64,000 nt of DNA from Alistipes sp. CAG:514 (GTDB lineage Bacteria > Bacteroidota > Bacteroidia > Bacteroidales > UBA932): the NCBI GenBank assembly GCA_000431015.1, contig HF986083.1, positions 25,356-89,355 on the forward strand. The letters are read 5' to 3'. The notes under the pieces were generated by a model. That model was not told where the DNA came from, ran no database searches, and saw only the letters and a list, made by a program, of their open reading frames with translations. The position numbers and the translations under genes are program-made. Shown here piece after piece: positions 1-10,251 of this stretch; the stretch's first letter is position 1, and every line of letters starts with the position of its first letter.

Positions 1-1201
1 TGTTGGACGGGCTGGAAAAGTTCACCGAGGCGGAGAACGATGTCCCGGGATGTGCCTTGGAATCCTGCGAGTGAGACCATCTCACTCCGAAGTTCTTGCT
101 CTGGAAGAAGTCCGTGCTGCCTTTCTCGCCGGTCTGGTCGACCGAGTAGTTGATGGCCAGGTTGCCGTTGAACTTGTACTTGACCATGTACCTTGAGTTA
201 AGGTTGGCCGCCCAGGAACCCAATGTGTAGTAGTCGCCGGTAAGGGACATGTCGAAGTAGTCGCCGAGAACGAAGTACATTCCCGCATCCCGGAGATAGA
301 AACCACGGGCGTTCTCCTCTCCGAAGGACGGCATGAGAAGTCCCGTCGCCCTGTCAGGACGCTTCGGAATGAATCCGAACGGGATGCCGATCGGAAGGTC
401 AACATCCTCGACCACAAGATGCGCCGGGCCGAAGACCGTCTTCTGGGAAGGCTTTGTCACCACCTTGGCGGAGGACAGTTTAAGATAGTAGTGGGGATGC
501 TCAAGATCGCAGACAGTGTACTTTCCCTTGGTGATGTTGATGGATCTGTCCGGCATCATCTTGATGTTCTTTCCGTGAAGTATGCCGTCATCCTCCCTGG
601 TGATCATGTTGGTGATCCTGGCCTTTCTCGTGTTGAAATTGTAGCGGATCTCCTCCATGCTGAAAGTCTGCTTGCCCTGCGTCATCTCCGGCTGCCCCTT
701 CCACTCGCGGGAAAGGCTGTCGTAAGTACCTCTGGCATAGACCGTCCCCGTGGCCATGTCATATTCCATGTAGTCTGCCTTCAGCTTGATGTTCTCATAG
801 GAGACTTCAACCTCGCCCCAGTAGTACATCTTGCGCTGGCCGTTGGAGAAATCCTGCCGGATGGAATCCTTCGCTCCCGAGAAAGCCGGCCTGGTGAGCG
901 AACTCTTCTCCAGAAGTGACAGTGAGTCAGCCCTTGAGGTGGAGTCCGCCCTTCTAAGGGAATCACGTCTGGACGCCGTAGAATCGAGGCCGGCCCTCAA
1001 GGTGTCGATGCCCTCCGGCCTTTGCGGACTAATGGCGGTGTCGATGACCACAGCCTCCTCGGACTGCGACACGTCATGAGACACAGCAGCCTTGGCAAGG
1101 TTCCTGTTCCTCCTCACATCCTGGCCGAACATCGTCAGACCTGTCAGCGCCACAAGCGCCGAAACGAGAATAATATTATATGTATGCTTCTTGAATTGCA
1201 A
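1..1201 (-). CDS. lptD: LPS-assembly protein LptD (OstA family), N-terminal portion; the gene runs off the window start
   Basis: Minus-strand reading frame is open from ~1201 down to base 1, so it is absent from the ORF track. TTG start is followed by a signal peptide (KKHTYNIILVSALVALTG). Translated segments resemble LptD: GKYTVCDLEHPHYYL and FGPAHLVVEDVDLPIGIPFGFIPKRPDRATGLLMPSFG (compare E. coli LptD [27 protein letters not shown]). Confidence 0.6.
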   Translation of the reverse strand, partial: MQFKKHTYNIILVSALVALTGLTMFGQDVRRNRNLAKAAVSHDVSQSEEAVVIDTAISPQRPEGIDTLRAGLDSTASRRDSLRRADSTSRADSLSLLEKSSLTRPAFSGAKDSIRQDFSNGQRKMYYWGEVEVSYENIKLKADYMEYDMATGTVYARGTYDSLSREWKGQPEMTQGKQTFSMEEIRYNFNTRKARITNMITREDDGILHGKNIKMMPDRSINITKGKYTVCDLEHPHYYLKLSSAKVVTKPSQKTVFGPAHLVVEDVDLPIGIPFGFIPKRPDRATGLLMPSFGEENARGFYLRDAGMYFVLGDYFDMSLTGDYYTLGSWAANLNSRYMVKYKFNGNLAINYSVDQTGEKGSTDFFQSKNFGVRWSHSQDSKAHPGTSFSASVNFSSPSN

Positions 1202-1209
1202 TTATTTTC

Positions 1210-1217
1210 TAAATTTG
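1210..1217 (+). promoter_or_regulatory. -7 box TAAATTTG upstream of the amidase gene (the divergent lptD box TATATTTG is on the minus strand at 1225..1232)
   Basis: Exact TAnnTTTG match 25 nt upstream of the TTG start. Confidence 0.35.
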
Positions 1218-1242
1218 CAAAAGACAAATATACTACAATATT

Positions 1243-2424
1243 TTGGATTTATATCGCAATTTTCTTGCCGTACTGCTGACGGCGATCTCCATTTCCTCGA
1301 CCGGATTCACTGCTTCGGCACAGAAACCGGCCCCGACCATCAAGTTGTCAACCGTTGTCATCGACCCCGGACATGGCGGCAAGGACGCCGGATGTGTCAG
1401 CCGCAGTGGGAAAACGATGGAAAAGACGGTTGTCCTGGACATCGGCAAGAGGCTTGCGGCCAAGATAGCCGCCGGCTATCCGGACATGAAAGTCATCATG
1501 ACAAGGGATGACGACACTTTCGTCACTCTCCAGGGAAGGGCGGACATCGCCAACAGGAACAACGCCAATCTCTTCATCTCCATCCACGTGAACTCCGTGG
1601 ACGGCAAGAGGAACGGCCCTAACGGCTACTCGATCCACATTCTCGGCCAGTACACGAGCAAGAACAAGGATCTGTACGCCGGCAACATGGACGTGGTGAG
1701 GCGCGAGAACTCCGTGATCAAGCTGGAGGACGACTACACCACACGCTACGAAGGCTTCGACCCCAACGATCCCGAATCCTACATATTCATGAACCTGATG
1801 CAGAACGCCTACCTTGAGCAGAGTTTCCGCTTCGCGCAGGAGGTGGACAGGAAGATGAAAGGCGGCGCTATCCAGCACAGCCGGGGAATATCCCAGGATC
1901 CCTTCTACGTCCTGTGGAGGACCGCCATGCCTTCCGTACTTGTCGAGTGCGGTTTCATGTCCAATTCCTCCGACCGGGAAGCGCTGATCACGGAGAAGGG
2001 GAGGGAGCGCATCGCGTCCGACCTTTACGCCGCATTCAGGAAGTACAAGAAGGAATATGACGGCTCGGAGGCCGTGAGCGTTCCGGAGAAAGAGACCGCG
2101 AGTGCCGCGGACAAACCGGAAGCGAAGGACTCCGTCCAGGCTGAGACACCTGCCGTGGACAAGTCAAGCGGACCTGCAGGCGATGAGCATCCGGTGTTCT
2201 ACGGAACGCAGGTCCTTGTCTCGTCCAAGACAATGACCGGGAAGGATCCATTCTTTAAAGGGTATGACGTGAAAGTTGTGAAGGCCGGCCGGCTTTTCAA
2301 GTACATCATCGGCTGCTCCGCTGATCTTGACACGGCCAAGGAACTGAGCCGGAAGATAAGGCGCGATTTCAAGGATTCCTTCCTTGTGAAAGTAGAGAAC
2401 GAAACCACCGAGATTGTCAGATAA
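1243..2424 (+). CDS. N-acetylmuramoyl-L-alanine amidase (Amidase_3, AmiC-like) with C-terminal SPOR-like domain
   Basis: VVIDPGHGGKDAG amidase_3 motif and an N-terminal signal peptide. C-terminal VFYGTQVLVSS...YDVKVVKAGRLFKYIIG looks like a SPOR domain. There is no in-frame ATG; the start is TTG at 1243. Confidence 0.85.
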   Translation: MDLYRNFLAVLLTAISISSTGFTASAQKPAPTIKLSTVVIDPGHGGKDAGCVSRSGKTMEKTVVLDIGKRLAAKIAAGYPDMKVIMTRDDDTFVTLQGRADIANRNNANLFISIHVNSVDGKRNGPNGYSIHILGQYTSKNKDLYAGNMDVVRRENSVIKLEDDYTTRYEGFDPNDPESYIFMNLMQNAYLEQSFRFAQEVDRKMKGGAIQHSRGISQDPFYVLWRTAMPSVLVECGFMSNSSDREALITEKGRERIASDLYAAFRKYKKEYDGSEAVSVPEKETASAADKPEAKDSVQAETPAVDKSSGPAGDEHPVFYGTQVLVSSKTMTGKDPFFKGYDVKVVKAGRLFKYIIGCSADLDTAKELSRKIRRDFKDSFLVKVENETTEIVR

Positions 2425-2718
2425 ACGGTGGTTCGTGCTAATACTCATCGACTTAAAATTCACCTGTAACTATTGTTGAATAATTCTAAATTATAACTTG
2501 CCTTGATATGAGCGGATTAAGAAAGTTCGCAGTTGTAAAATATTGAGTATCTGTGTATTAAATTATTTAATTATTTTTTCGCTTTCGGTATATACGGAAA
2601 ATAAAAATCAAAAACAATACAAAAAAAGATTTTTTATTAAATATTTTTCCCCCACCTTTGCACAACGAAAAATGAGGGATCAATTACCAGTTTTCACGTA
2701 ATTTTTTCATTTGAAGCA

Positions 2719-4146
2719 ATGGTTGAATTGGATAGACATATTTCTGTCTGGAACGAGTGTCTGCGCATATTCGAACAGAACGTCGAGCCTAAGCAGTTCG
2801 AGGTCTGGTTCAAGACAATCGTCCCGGTTTCTCTGGAAGAGTCGACACTGACTGTTGAAGTGCCGACCGACTTCTTCAGAAGCTATCTTGAGGATGCCTT
2901 CCTTCCTATAATAAAGATGACGTTGAGAAGGGTGATCGGCCCCGAGGCTAGACTTCTCTACAAGATTCACCCGGTGCAGAAGGAGCGCGCGATGGTCTTC
3001 ACCGCCGCGCACGGCAACGTGCCGGAGAACAAGCCTGTCTCGATCAACACTTTCCAGCCGTCCGGCAATCCGAGCCCGTTTGTGTTTCCGGGCATCAAGA
3101 AGCTGAAGATCAATCCAAGGCTGAATCCTGTCTACTGTTTCGACAATCTCATCAAGGGTGAGTGCAACAAGATGGGCTACAACGCCGGGATCAGCATCTC
3201 GGACAAGCCAGGCAAGACCCCGTTCAATCCTTTGTTCATTTTCGGAGGCCCCGGCCTGGGGAAGACCCATCTGGCCCAGGCGATCGGCATTGCCATCCAC
3301 GAGGCCTACCCGGATCTTGTCGTCCTCTATGTGACCGGCAACGAATTCAGGACGCAGTACGTCAATGCCGTGAACGTCCAGAACAAGCTTACCGATTTCA
3401 TGGCTTTCTACATGAGGATCGACGTGCTTATCATGGATGACATCCAGGAACTCATCGGGCCGGCCTCCCAGAACGCGTTCTTCAACATATTCAATCACCT
3501 CCACCAGTCCGGCAAGCAGCTGGTCTTCACATCCGACAGGGCCCCGGTGGATCTGATGAACTTCGAGGAGAGGCTTTTGTCGCGGTTCAAGTGGGGGCTC
3601 TCCATCGAGCTCTCCAAGCCTGATCACGACACGAGGCTGGCCATGCTTAAGTCAAGGTGCATCCGGGAGGGCGTCACTGTAAGCGACGATGTCCTTGATC
3701 TGCTGGCCAACAAGGTCAGGTCCAATTTCCGCGAGCTTGAAGGAGCGCTTATCTCCCTGATAGCCAATGCGACGCTTTGCCACGAGGAAGTCACGAAGGA
3801 ACTTGCTGAGCAGGTAACCGGCAACATCGTGGGCGAAGACAAGAACGAACTCACCATCGACAAGGTGCAGGAGGTGGTCTGCGAGTATTTCAATATAACA
3901 CGGGAAACGCTGATTTCCAAATCCAGGAAGAGGCAGATCGTGCAGGCGAGGCAGATCGCCATGTTCATGAGCAGAAATCACATCGGAGGATGCTCTCTGT
4001 CCACGATTGGTATGGAACTTGGAGGCAAAGACCACGCCACTGTGCTTCATGCATGCGCCACGGTGTCCGACCTGATGTCCACGGACAAGACGTTCAGACA
4101 GTATGTGACTGACATCGAGAGGATGCTGGTGCCGGTGACGAGATAA
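2719..4146 (+). CDS. dnaA: Chromosomal replication initiator protein DnaA
   Basis: Walker A GGPGLGKTHLAQAIG, sensor LSRFKWGLSIELSKPD and C-terminal DNA-binding domain (QIAMFMSRNH...GGKDHATVLHA). Confidence 0.97.
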   Translation: MVELDRHISVWNECLRIFEQNVEPKQFEVWFKTIVPVSLEESTLTVEVPTDFFRSYLEDAFLPIIKMTLRRVIGPEARLLYKIHPVQKERAMVFTAAHGNVPENKPVSINTFQPSGNPSPFVFPGIKKLKINPRLNPVYCFDNLIKGECNKMGYNAGISISDKPGKTPFNPLFIFGGPGLGKTHLAQAIGIAIHEAYPDLVVLYVTGNEFRTQYVNAVNVQNKLTDFMAFYMRIDVLIMDDIQELIGPASQNAFFNIFNHLHQSGKQLVFTSDRAPVDLMNFEERLLSRFKWGLSIELSKPDHDTRLAMLKSRCIREGVTVSDDVLDLLANKVRSNFRELEGALISLIANATLCHEEVTKELAEQVTGNIVGEDKNELTIDKVQEVVCEYFNITRETLISKSRKRQIVQARQIAMFMSRNHIGGCSLSTIGMELGGKDHATVLHACATVSDLMSTDKTFRQYVTDIERMLVPVTR

Positions 4147-4159
4147 TAACAGCAACCAG

Positions 4160-5584
4160 ATGTATTCAGAAAAAGTTCTCTCCATTTTCAAGGAGATCAC
4201 CCGGATCCCGAGGGAATCCGGTCACGAAGAGCCTATGACAGCCTTTCTTCAGCGTTTTGCGGAGGAGAGGCATCTTGAGTGTAAAACCGACAAGACAAAC
4301 AATGTCTGCATTGTCAAGGAAGCGAGCAAAGGCAAGGAGAATGTGCCTACACTCGTTCTCCAGGGACATCAGGACATGGTCTGCGAGAAAAGAAGCGGCG
4401 TGAGGCACGACTTCCTCAAGGATCCTATCGAATATGTAATCGAGGACGGCTGGATGATAGCCAAGGACACGACACTCGGAGCGGACGACGGCATCGGCGT
4501 CGCCGCGATGCTCGCCCTTCTTGACTGCGACCTTCCTATGGGTAGGATCGAGTGTGTGTTCACGATCTCGGAGGAGACCGGCATGGACGGGGCCTTCGGG
4601 ATGGAGCCTGGATTCTTCACCGGCAGGACTCTCATCAACCTGGACTCCGAGGACGAGGGACAGATGTTCATCGGGTGCGCCGGCGGACTTGACACCACGG
4701 CGACATTCCACTACACCCAGGAGGACATAAAGGAAGGCTACAAGCCTGTAAGACTGGAGATCGGCGGTGCGATCGGCGGCCACAGCGGCGACGACATCAA
4801 CAAGGGCAGGGTCAACACCATTCAGCAGATGGCGCGATTCCTCTACTCCGAGTCAGAGTACGGTCTTCAGCTGATCCTGGTCAAGGGAGGCAACAAGCCG
4901 AACGCGATCGCCAGGGAGTGCGAGGCGATCATCGCCGTTCCGGATGTGGATGCCACCATCAAGAGACTCAACGGGTTCGGCAATGATCTCAGGAATGAAT
5001 ATCTCAAGACGGATCCTGATGTCACGGTCAGTGGCGAGCCTTATCGATGCACCGAGAAACCGGTTGAGGGCGATGTCGCCAGGAAGCTGATAATGGCTTT
5101 GTTCGCCTGTCCGCACGGCGTGGAGACGATGAGCCAGGACATCCCGGGCCTTGTCGAGACCTCGACCAATCTGGCTGCTGTCAGAATGCACAGGCAGGGC
5201 GTGATAGAGGTGATCACGAGCCAGCGCAGCTCGACATCGTCCGCCCGCAGGATGATGGCCGCCAAGGTGGAGGCCAGTTTCGCGCTGGCAGGGGCCGACG
5301 TTGTCCACAGCGGTGAATATCCCGGCTGGAAACCTAATCTTGACTCCCACATCCTGCGCGTGTGCGTGGATTCCTACAAGAAGCTTTTCGGCCACGAGCC
5401 GGAGGTCAAGGCGATCCACGCCGGACTTGAGTGCGGGCTGTTCGGCGAGAAGTTCGGAGACCTGGACATGATTTCCTTCGGCCCGACGCTCCGCTTTGTC
5501 CACGCCCCGGGCGAGAAACTGGACCTCGCCTCTCTCGAGAAGTTCACCGAGCACCTCATTGATGTGGTCACCACATTTGAATAG
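4160..5584 (+). CDS. pepD: Aminoacyl-histidine dipeptidase (Xaa-His dipeptidase, M20C family)
   Basis: Full-length similarity pattern of PepD: LVLQGHQDMVCEK, metal-binding acidic residues, ~474 aa. Confidence 0.9.
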   Translation: MYSEKVLSIFKEITRIPRESGHEEPMTAFLQRFAEERHLECKTDKTNNVCIVKEASKGKENVPTLVLQGHQDMVCEKRSGVRHDFLKDPIEYVIEDGWMIAKDTTLGADDGIGVAAMLALLDCDLPMGRIECVFTISEETGMDGAFGMEPGFFTGRTLINLDSEDEGQMFIGCAGGLDTTATFHYTQEDIKEGYKPVRLEIGGAIGGHSGDDINKGRVNTIQQMARFLYSESEYGLQLILVKGGNKPNAIARECEAIIAVPDVDATIKRLNGFGNDLRNEYLKTDPDVTVSGEPYRCTEKPVEGDVARKLIMALFACPHGVETMSQDIPGLVETSTNLAAVRMHRQGVIEVITSQRSSTSSARRMMAAKVEASFALAGADVVHSGEYPGWKPNLDSHILRVCVDSYKKLFGHEPEVKAIHAGLECGLFGEKFGDLDMISFGPTLRFVHAPGEKLDLASLEKFTEHLIDVVTTFE

Positions 5585-5586
5585 TC

Positions 5587-6237
5587 ATGGTAAGAATAGC
5601 ACCTTCAATACTTTCCGGCAATTTTCTGAACCTTGAGCCGGACATCAGAATGGTCAACAAGAACGCCGACCTGATCCACATAGACGTGATGGACGGCTCG
5701 TTTGTTCCGAACATCTCTTTCGGATTCCCGGTCGTGGAGGCGATCGCGAAGGCCGTGACCGTGCCGATGGATGTCCATCTGATGATCGTCAATCCCGACA
5801 AGTACGTGGAAAGGTTCGCGAAGACAGGCGCGGAGATGATCAGTTTCCATCTTGAGGCCGCCGACCAGGCGGGCAAGGATCCCAGGGACATCATCGCCCA
5901 AATCAAGTCATTCGGAGTCAAGGCCGGTCTTGTGATCAACCCGGACATTCCGGTGGAAAGACTTTTCCCTTACATCGACGATGTGGACTTTTTCCTGATA
6001 ATGTCAGTGTTCGCAGGCTTCGGCGGGCAAAAATTCATCCCGGAATCGATTGACAGGATCAAGACCCTGAAAGCGGAGATGGACAGAAGGGGAGTAGTGA
6101 AGGACATCGAGGTGGACGGAGGCGTGTCCGCCTCCAACGCCCACATCCTGGCCGAGGCCGGTGCCACGATACTCGTCGCCGGCAGTTCCGTATTCAAGGC
6201 GGAATCCCCTGCAAAAGCTATTAACGAGCTTCGTTAG
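5587..6237 (+). CDS. rpe: Ribulose-phosphate 3-epimerase
   Basis: IAPSILSGNFLNLEPDI...IHIDVMDGSFVPNISFG signature; 216 aa. Confidence 0.95.
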   Translation: MVRIAPSILSGNFLNLEPDIRMVNKNADLIHIDVMDGSFVPNISFGFPVVEAIAKAVTVPMDVHLMIVNPDKYVERFAKTGAEMISFHLEAADQAGKDPRDIIAQIKSFGVKAGLVINPDIPVERLFPYIDDVDFFLIMSVFAGFGGQKFIPESIDRIKTLKAEMDRRGVVKDIEVDGGVSASNAHILAEAGATILVAGSSVFKAESPAKAINELR

Positions 6238-6971
6238 ATAACATAACTTATTTCCTTGAAGGCGAACTCCATACGTTCGCCTTTTTCTGTTTCCGTACGT
6301 AGGAGTCCAGAGTCTGTCACACCGATGATTCTGGCCTTTATCGGCTGGCCGGTCGCGCAGATGACATATTCATTGAACACACCGAAGCGGAAAAGTCTGC
6401 TGACATATTCATCATAGTTGTCCGGCGCGGCCATTCTTTTCCTGACGCACTCGCACAGTTTCTCCAGTTCCCGCCGCAGAGCATATTCCTTTCCGGTCAG
6501 GATCGTCATCGAGACCGGGTTCACCAGTTGGGGAGGGAAGTCTTTCTGATTGACGTTCAGTCCTATTCCGATCACGCTCGTGCTGACAAAGTCTCCTTTC
6601 AGCGTGTTCTCGATGAGCATCCCGCAGATCTTCCGGTTTCTGACATAGATGTCGTTAGGCCATTTGACGCTGCTCTCGATCCCTTCAGAATCCAGGTAGT
6701 CCACAACGCCGAGAGTCGCCGCCTCCGTGATGCGGAACTGCCTGTTGGCCGGCAGATCGGGGAATCCGTCGCCCCCGAACCTGGCGACCATCGAGAATGT
6801 CAGGTTCTCTCCGGCATGGGTAAGCCACGAGTTCCCCCGCTGGCCGCGCCCGCTTGTCTGGTGCACGGCGGCCAAGACTGCCAGATTGTCAATGCTGTCG
6901 AGGCGTCTAATCGCCTCATTATTCGTGGAATCAACTTCTTCCATCCATTCTATGTCCACAACCTCTTTCAT
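6234..6971 (-). CDS. birA: Biotin--[acetyl-CoA-carboxylase] ligase BirA
   Basis: Motifs QTSGRGQRGNSW and KWPNDI. The ORF-track entry 6234..7364 is over-extended upstream. The conserved BirA N-terminus MKEVVDIEWMEEVDSTNN starts at the internal ATG at 6971, leaving a 66-bp divergent promoter region before rsfS. Confidence 0.85.
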   Translation of the reverse strand: MKEVVDIEWMEEVDSTNNEAIRRLDSIDNLAVLAAVHQTSGRGQRGNSWLTHAGENLTFSMVARFGGDGFPDLPANRQFRITEAATLGVVDYLDSEGIESSVKWPNDIYVRNRKICGMLIENTLKGDFVSTSVIGIGLNVNQKDFPPQLVNPVSMTILTGKEYALRRELEKLCECVRKRMAAPDNYDEYVSRLFRFGVFNEYVICATGQPIKARIIGVTDSGLLRTETEKGERMEFAFKEISYVI

Positions 6972-6988
6972 TGGTTCAGAATTTGTCG

Positions 6989-7004
6989 TATATTTGTATA
7001 TTTG
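6989..7004 (+). promoter_or_regulatory. Tandem Bacteroidetes -7 promoter boxes TATATTTG-TATATTTG upstream of rsfS-ftsH
   Basis: Two exact TAnnTTTG matches, 34 nt upstream of the rsfS ATG, in the birA/rsfS divergent region. A minus-strand box TATTTTTG lies at 7015..7022 for birA. Confidence 0.4.
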
Positions 7005-7037
7005 ATTGGTAATGCAAAAATATAAAACATTCTTGAT

Positions 7038-7424
7038 ATGATTACACACGATCTGCGGGTTATGGCAGACGCTATGCTCGACAAGAAAGCCCAAAACGTC
7101 ATTGACATAGACCTCAGGCCACTGGGAACGGCAATCACGGATCACTTCATGATCTGCAACGCTGATTCCACCACGAATGTCAACGCGATTGCAGACAACG
7201 TCATCAAAATGATGCGCGAGGAAGGCCGGAAGCCGATCCGTACCCAGGGTATGGAGAACAACTTCTGGATCATACTGGACTACGGTGACATTGTCGCACA
7301 CATATTTCTCACGGAGTACCGTGAATTCTACAGGCTCGAAGACCTTTGGGCCGACGCGCCTCATAAGGAATACAAGCCGAGGCGTGTTCCGAAAACAAAA
7401 AAGACTGTGACAGATGCCGAATAA
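7038..7424 (+). CDS. rsfS: Ribosomal silencing factor RsfS (Iojap family)
   Basis: 128 aa; NFWIILDYGDIVAHIFLTEYREFYRLEDLW is a typical RsfS C-terminus. Overlaps the ftsH start by 11 nt. Confidence 0.9.
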   Translation: MITHDLRVMADAMLDKKAQNVIDIDLRPLGTAITDHFMICNADSTTNVNAIADNVIKMMREEGRKPIRTQGMENNFWIILDYGDIVAHIFLTEYREFYRLEDLWADAPHKEYKPRRVPKTKKTVTDAE

Positions 7425-9393
7425 TCAAGACAACAACCCCAGGCGTAAAGTCATCCGCGTGAGGTTCAACTTCTCATGGCTTTACCTTATCCTGATTCTG
7501 GGAATCGGCTGGCTTCTGCTCAACAACAGCGGAGCCAATCCTCAAAAGATCGAATGGGCCGAGGTCCAGGAGATGTTCCGCAGCGGGGACATCAAGGAGA
7601 TCGATTTCATAAGGAATGACTTCAAGGGCAACATCACCGTCCGCCCTGACAGGCTGAACAAGTACGCCGACAAGTTCGGCGGAAAGGTTCCGCCAAGCTC
7701 GCCTCACTTCATATTCCTGGTGTCGGACAAGTTTGACGCCGAGAAGGAATTCGGAGAGTTGAACGCGGGCCTTCCGTCGGGAGAGAAGCAGGTCAAGATC
7801 GTCATGGAGAACGACAGCAGGATGTGGACCAGCATCCTTGAGTGGATCATATTCCCTGTCCTGTTGATCCTTATGTGGATCTGGATGTTCCGTGGCTTCA
7901 ACAAGAACATGGGCGGCGGAGGAGCAGGCGGCCCGGGCGGTGTGTTCAACGTGGGCAAGTCCACCGGCAAGCTTGCCGACAAGGAAAAGGTGAACGTCAC
8001 TTTCAAGGACGTGGCCGGCCTTTACGGCGCCAAGGAGGAGGTCATGGAGATCGTGGATTTCCTCAAGAACCCTCAGAAATACACCTCCCTCGGCGGCAAG
8101 ATTCCTAAAGGAGCCCTCCTCGTAGGGCCTCCTGGCACTGGTAAGACATTGCTGGCCAAGGCTGTGGCTGGAGAGGCCAATGTGCCGTTCTTCTCGATCT
8201 CCGGTTCGGATTTCGTCGAGATGTTCGTGGGTGTCGGAGCCTCCAGGGTGAGGGATCTGTTCCGCCAGGCAAAGGAAAAGGCTCCATGCATCGTGTTCAT
8301 CGACGAGATCGACGCGGTCGGCAGAGCCAGAGGCAAGAACGTCGGATTCTCATCCAATGACGAGCGCGAGAACACTCTGAACCAGCTGCTTACCGAGATG
8401 GACGGATTCGACACGAATTCCGGAGTGATAATCCTTGCGGCCACCAACAGGGCCGACATCCTTGACAAGGCGCTGCTTCGGGCCGGTCGTTTCGACCGTC
8501 AGATCCACGTTGACCTTCCTGAGCTTAAGGAAAGGGAAGAGATCTTCAAGGTGCACACACGCAATCTGAAGACGGCACAGGATTTCGATCTTGGATTCAT
8601 GGCGCAGCACACTCCGGGCTTCTCCGGAGCGGACATTGCAAATGTCTGCAACGAGGCCGCCCTGACCGCCGCCAGAAAGGACAAGAAGGAGATTGACAGA
8701 CAGGACTTCCTCGATGCGGTTGACAGGATCGTGGGTGGTCTTGAGCGCAAGGGCTCCATCATGACACCGGCTGAGAAGAAGACCACAGCCTATCATGAGG
8801 CCGGTCACGCCACTGTCGGATGGCTGCTGCCGTACTCTGATCCTGTGTTCAAGGTCAGCCTCATTCCGAGAGGAGACGCGCTCGGACTTACGTGGTACCT
8901 GCCGGACGAGAGGAAGATCCTCTCGAAGTCCTATCTCATGGACAAGATGTGCGCCCTGATCGGAGGCCGTGTTGCCGAGGAGATCATCAACGGCGAGCCG
9001 GCCACCGGCGCTCTCAATGATCTTGAGCGGCTGACCCGCATGGCCTACAACATGGTCCAGTACTATGGTATGAGCGAGAAAGTCGGCGAGATCTCATTCT
9101 ATGACTCCACAGGCTCAAGAGGTTATGACCTCAGCAAGCCATACAGCGAGAAGACCGCCGAGCTGATGGACCAGGAAGTCAAGGATCTTGTCAACGAGAT
9201 CCACGACAGGACATTGAGGATCCTGACGGAGCACAAGGAAGGCTTCGTTCAGATGGCGCGCCTGCTGCTGGAGAAGGAGGTGATCTTCGCCGAGGACATC
9301 GAAAGGATCCTGGGGCCGAAGGTGAAGCCTGATGAGGTCGCCGAGGAGAAGACGGATAATGAACCGGAAAAAACCGCCACTGAAGATGAATAA
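7414..9393 (+). CDS. ftsH: ATP-dependent zinc metalloprotease FtsH
   Basis: N-terminal TM segments, AAA Walker [20 protein letters not shown], zinc site HEAGHA. Confidence 0.97.
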   Translation: MPNNQDNNPRRKVIRVRFNFSWLYLILILGIGWLLLNNSGANPQKIEWAEVQEMFRSGDIKEIDFIRNDFKGNITVRPDRLNKYADKFGGKVPPSSPHFIFLVSDKFDAEKEFGELNAGLPSGEKQVKIVMENDSRMWTSILEWIIFPVLLILMWIWMFRGFNKNMGGGGAGGPGGVFNVGKSTGKLADKEKVNVTFKDVAGLYGAKEEVMEIVDFLKNPQKYTSLGGKIPKGALLVGPPGTGKTLLAKAVAGEANVPFFSISGSDFVEMFVGVGASRVRDLFRQAKEKAPCIVFIDEIDAVGRARGKNVGFSSNDERENTLNQLLTEMDGFDTNSGVIILAATNRADILDKALLRAGRFDRQIHVDLPELKEREEIFKVHTRNLKTAQDFDLGFMAQHTPGFSGADIANVCNEAALTAARKDKKEIDRQDFLDAVDRIVGGLERKGSIMTPAEKKTTAYHEAGHATVGWLLPYSDPVFKVSLIPRGDALGLTWYLPDERKILSKSYLMDKMCALIGGRVAEEIINGEPATGALNDLERLTRMAYNMVQYYGMSEKVGEISFYDSTGSRGYDLSKPYSEKTAELMDQEVKDLVNEIHDRTLRILTEHKEGFVQMARLLLEKEVIFAEDIERILGPKVKPDEVAEEKTDNEPEKTATEDE

Positions 9394-10216
9394 TGTAATT
9401 GTCAGATCGATTTCAGGCGTGGTCTTCATCCTTGCGATGTTGGCCTGCCTGATGTTCAACAAGTTCCTCTTCGCCGGAATGATCATATTCGTGATGTCGG
9501 TGATGCTTCTGGAGTTCTATCACATCACGATGAACGGCAGCTACACATTCTCCAAGATCCTGGCGATCCTGGCAGCCATCTTCCTTTTCGGAATATTGTT
9601 CGCCGTCTCATCCTATCATATTCCCATCAGATTTGTCGCATTCGCGATGATCCCTGTCTTCATTGTGATGATCAACTCGCTGTACGTCAAGGAGAAAGAG
9701 GAATATGGCAAGTTCTCCAACATCTACACGGGGCTACTCTACATCGCCGTACCGATCGCCCTCTCGAACCTTATCGCATTCGATAAGGCAGGAAACTTCA
9801 GCGGCAATCTGCTGCTCTGTTTCTTCATTATTATCTGGTGCTCGGATGTCGGGGCGTTCACATTCGGAATCTCCCTGGGAAAGATATTTCCGAAGAAACT
9901 GCTGCCTTCGGTCTCTCCCAAGAAGACCTGGATCGGCTTCTTCGGAGGGTTGGTCAGTTCCATCCTCGCCGCCTACCTGCTTTTCCAGTTCGGACTCCTT
10001 CGTTTCCCATTGATGCATTGCCTGATTCTCTCCGTGATCATGTCGGTCACAGGAGTGTACGGGGATCTGTTTGAGTCTCAGTGGAAAAGAGTCTATGGAG
10101 TCAAGGACTCCGGCAAGATCATCCCTGGACACGGAGGCTTCCTGGACAGGTTTGACAGCACGCTTATGGCGATGCCTTCTGGAGCCATCTATCTTGCCAT
10201 CTTTGATCTGCTATAA
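9386..10216 (+). CDS. cdsA: Phosphatidate cytidylyltransferase (CDP-diglyceride synthetase)
   Basis: Polytopic membrane protein with C-terminal KDSGKIIPGHGGFLDRFDS signature. ATG at 9386 (MNNVIVRS...) overlaps the ftsH stop by 8 nt. The ORF-track start 9332 is an over-extension. Confidence 0.9.
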   Translation: MNNVIVRSISGVVFILAMLACLMFNKFLFAGMIIFVMSVMLLEFYHITMNGSYTFSKILAILAAIFLFGILFAVSSYHIPIRFVAFAMIPVFIVMINSLYVKEKEEYGKFSNIYTGLLYIAVPIALSNLIAFDKAGNFSGNLLLCFFIIIWCSDVGAFTFGISLGKIFPKKLLPSVSPKKTWIGFFGGLVSSILAAYLLFQFGLLRFPLMHCLILSVIMSVTGVYGDLFESQWKRVYGVKDSGKIIPGHGGFLDRFDSTLMAMPSGAIYLAIFDLL

Positions 10217-10251
10217 TCAATAACACCGGACAATCTATTAATTGAACCACC

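Noticed and set aside
1092-1511. ORF 1092..1511 (139 aa) and 1022..1279 spanning the lptD/amidase promoter
   Set aside because: They cross the AT-rich divergent promoter and overlap the genuine amidase frame and the lptD 5' end in other frames; no motifs.
6972-7364. N-terminal 131 codons of ORF 6234..7364, which would make a 376-aa BirA
   Set aside because: The extension has no BirA-like HTH or other motif. The conserved BirA N-terminus begins at the internal ATG (6971). The extension would swallow the divergent promoter with tandem -7 boxes and overlap rsfS on the opposite strand.
9332-9385. Upstream extension of cdsA (ORF-track start 9332, [18 protein letters not shown]...)
   Set aside because: It would overlap the last 20 codons of ftsH in another frame. 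The ATG at 9386 gives a normal CdsA N-terminus directly before the first TM helix.
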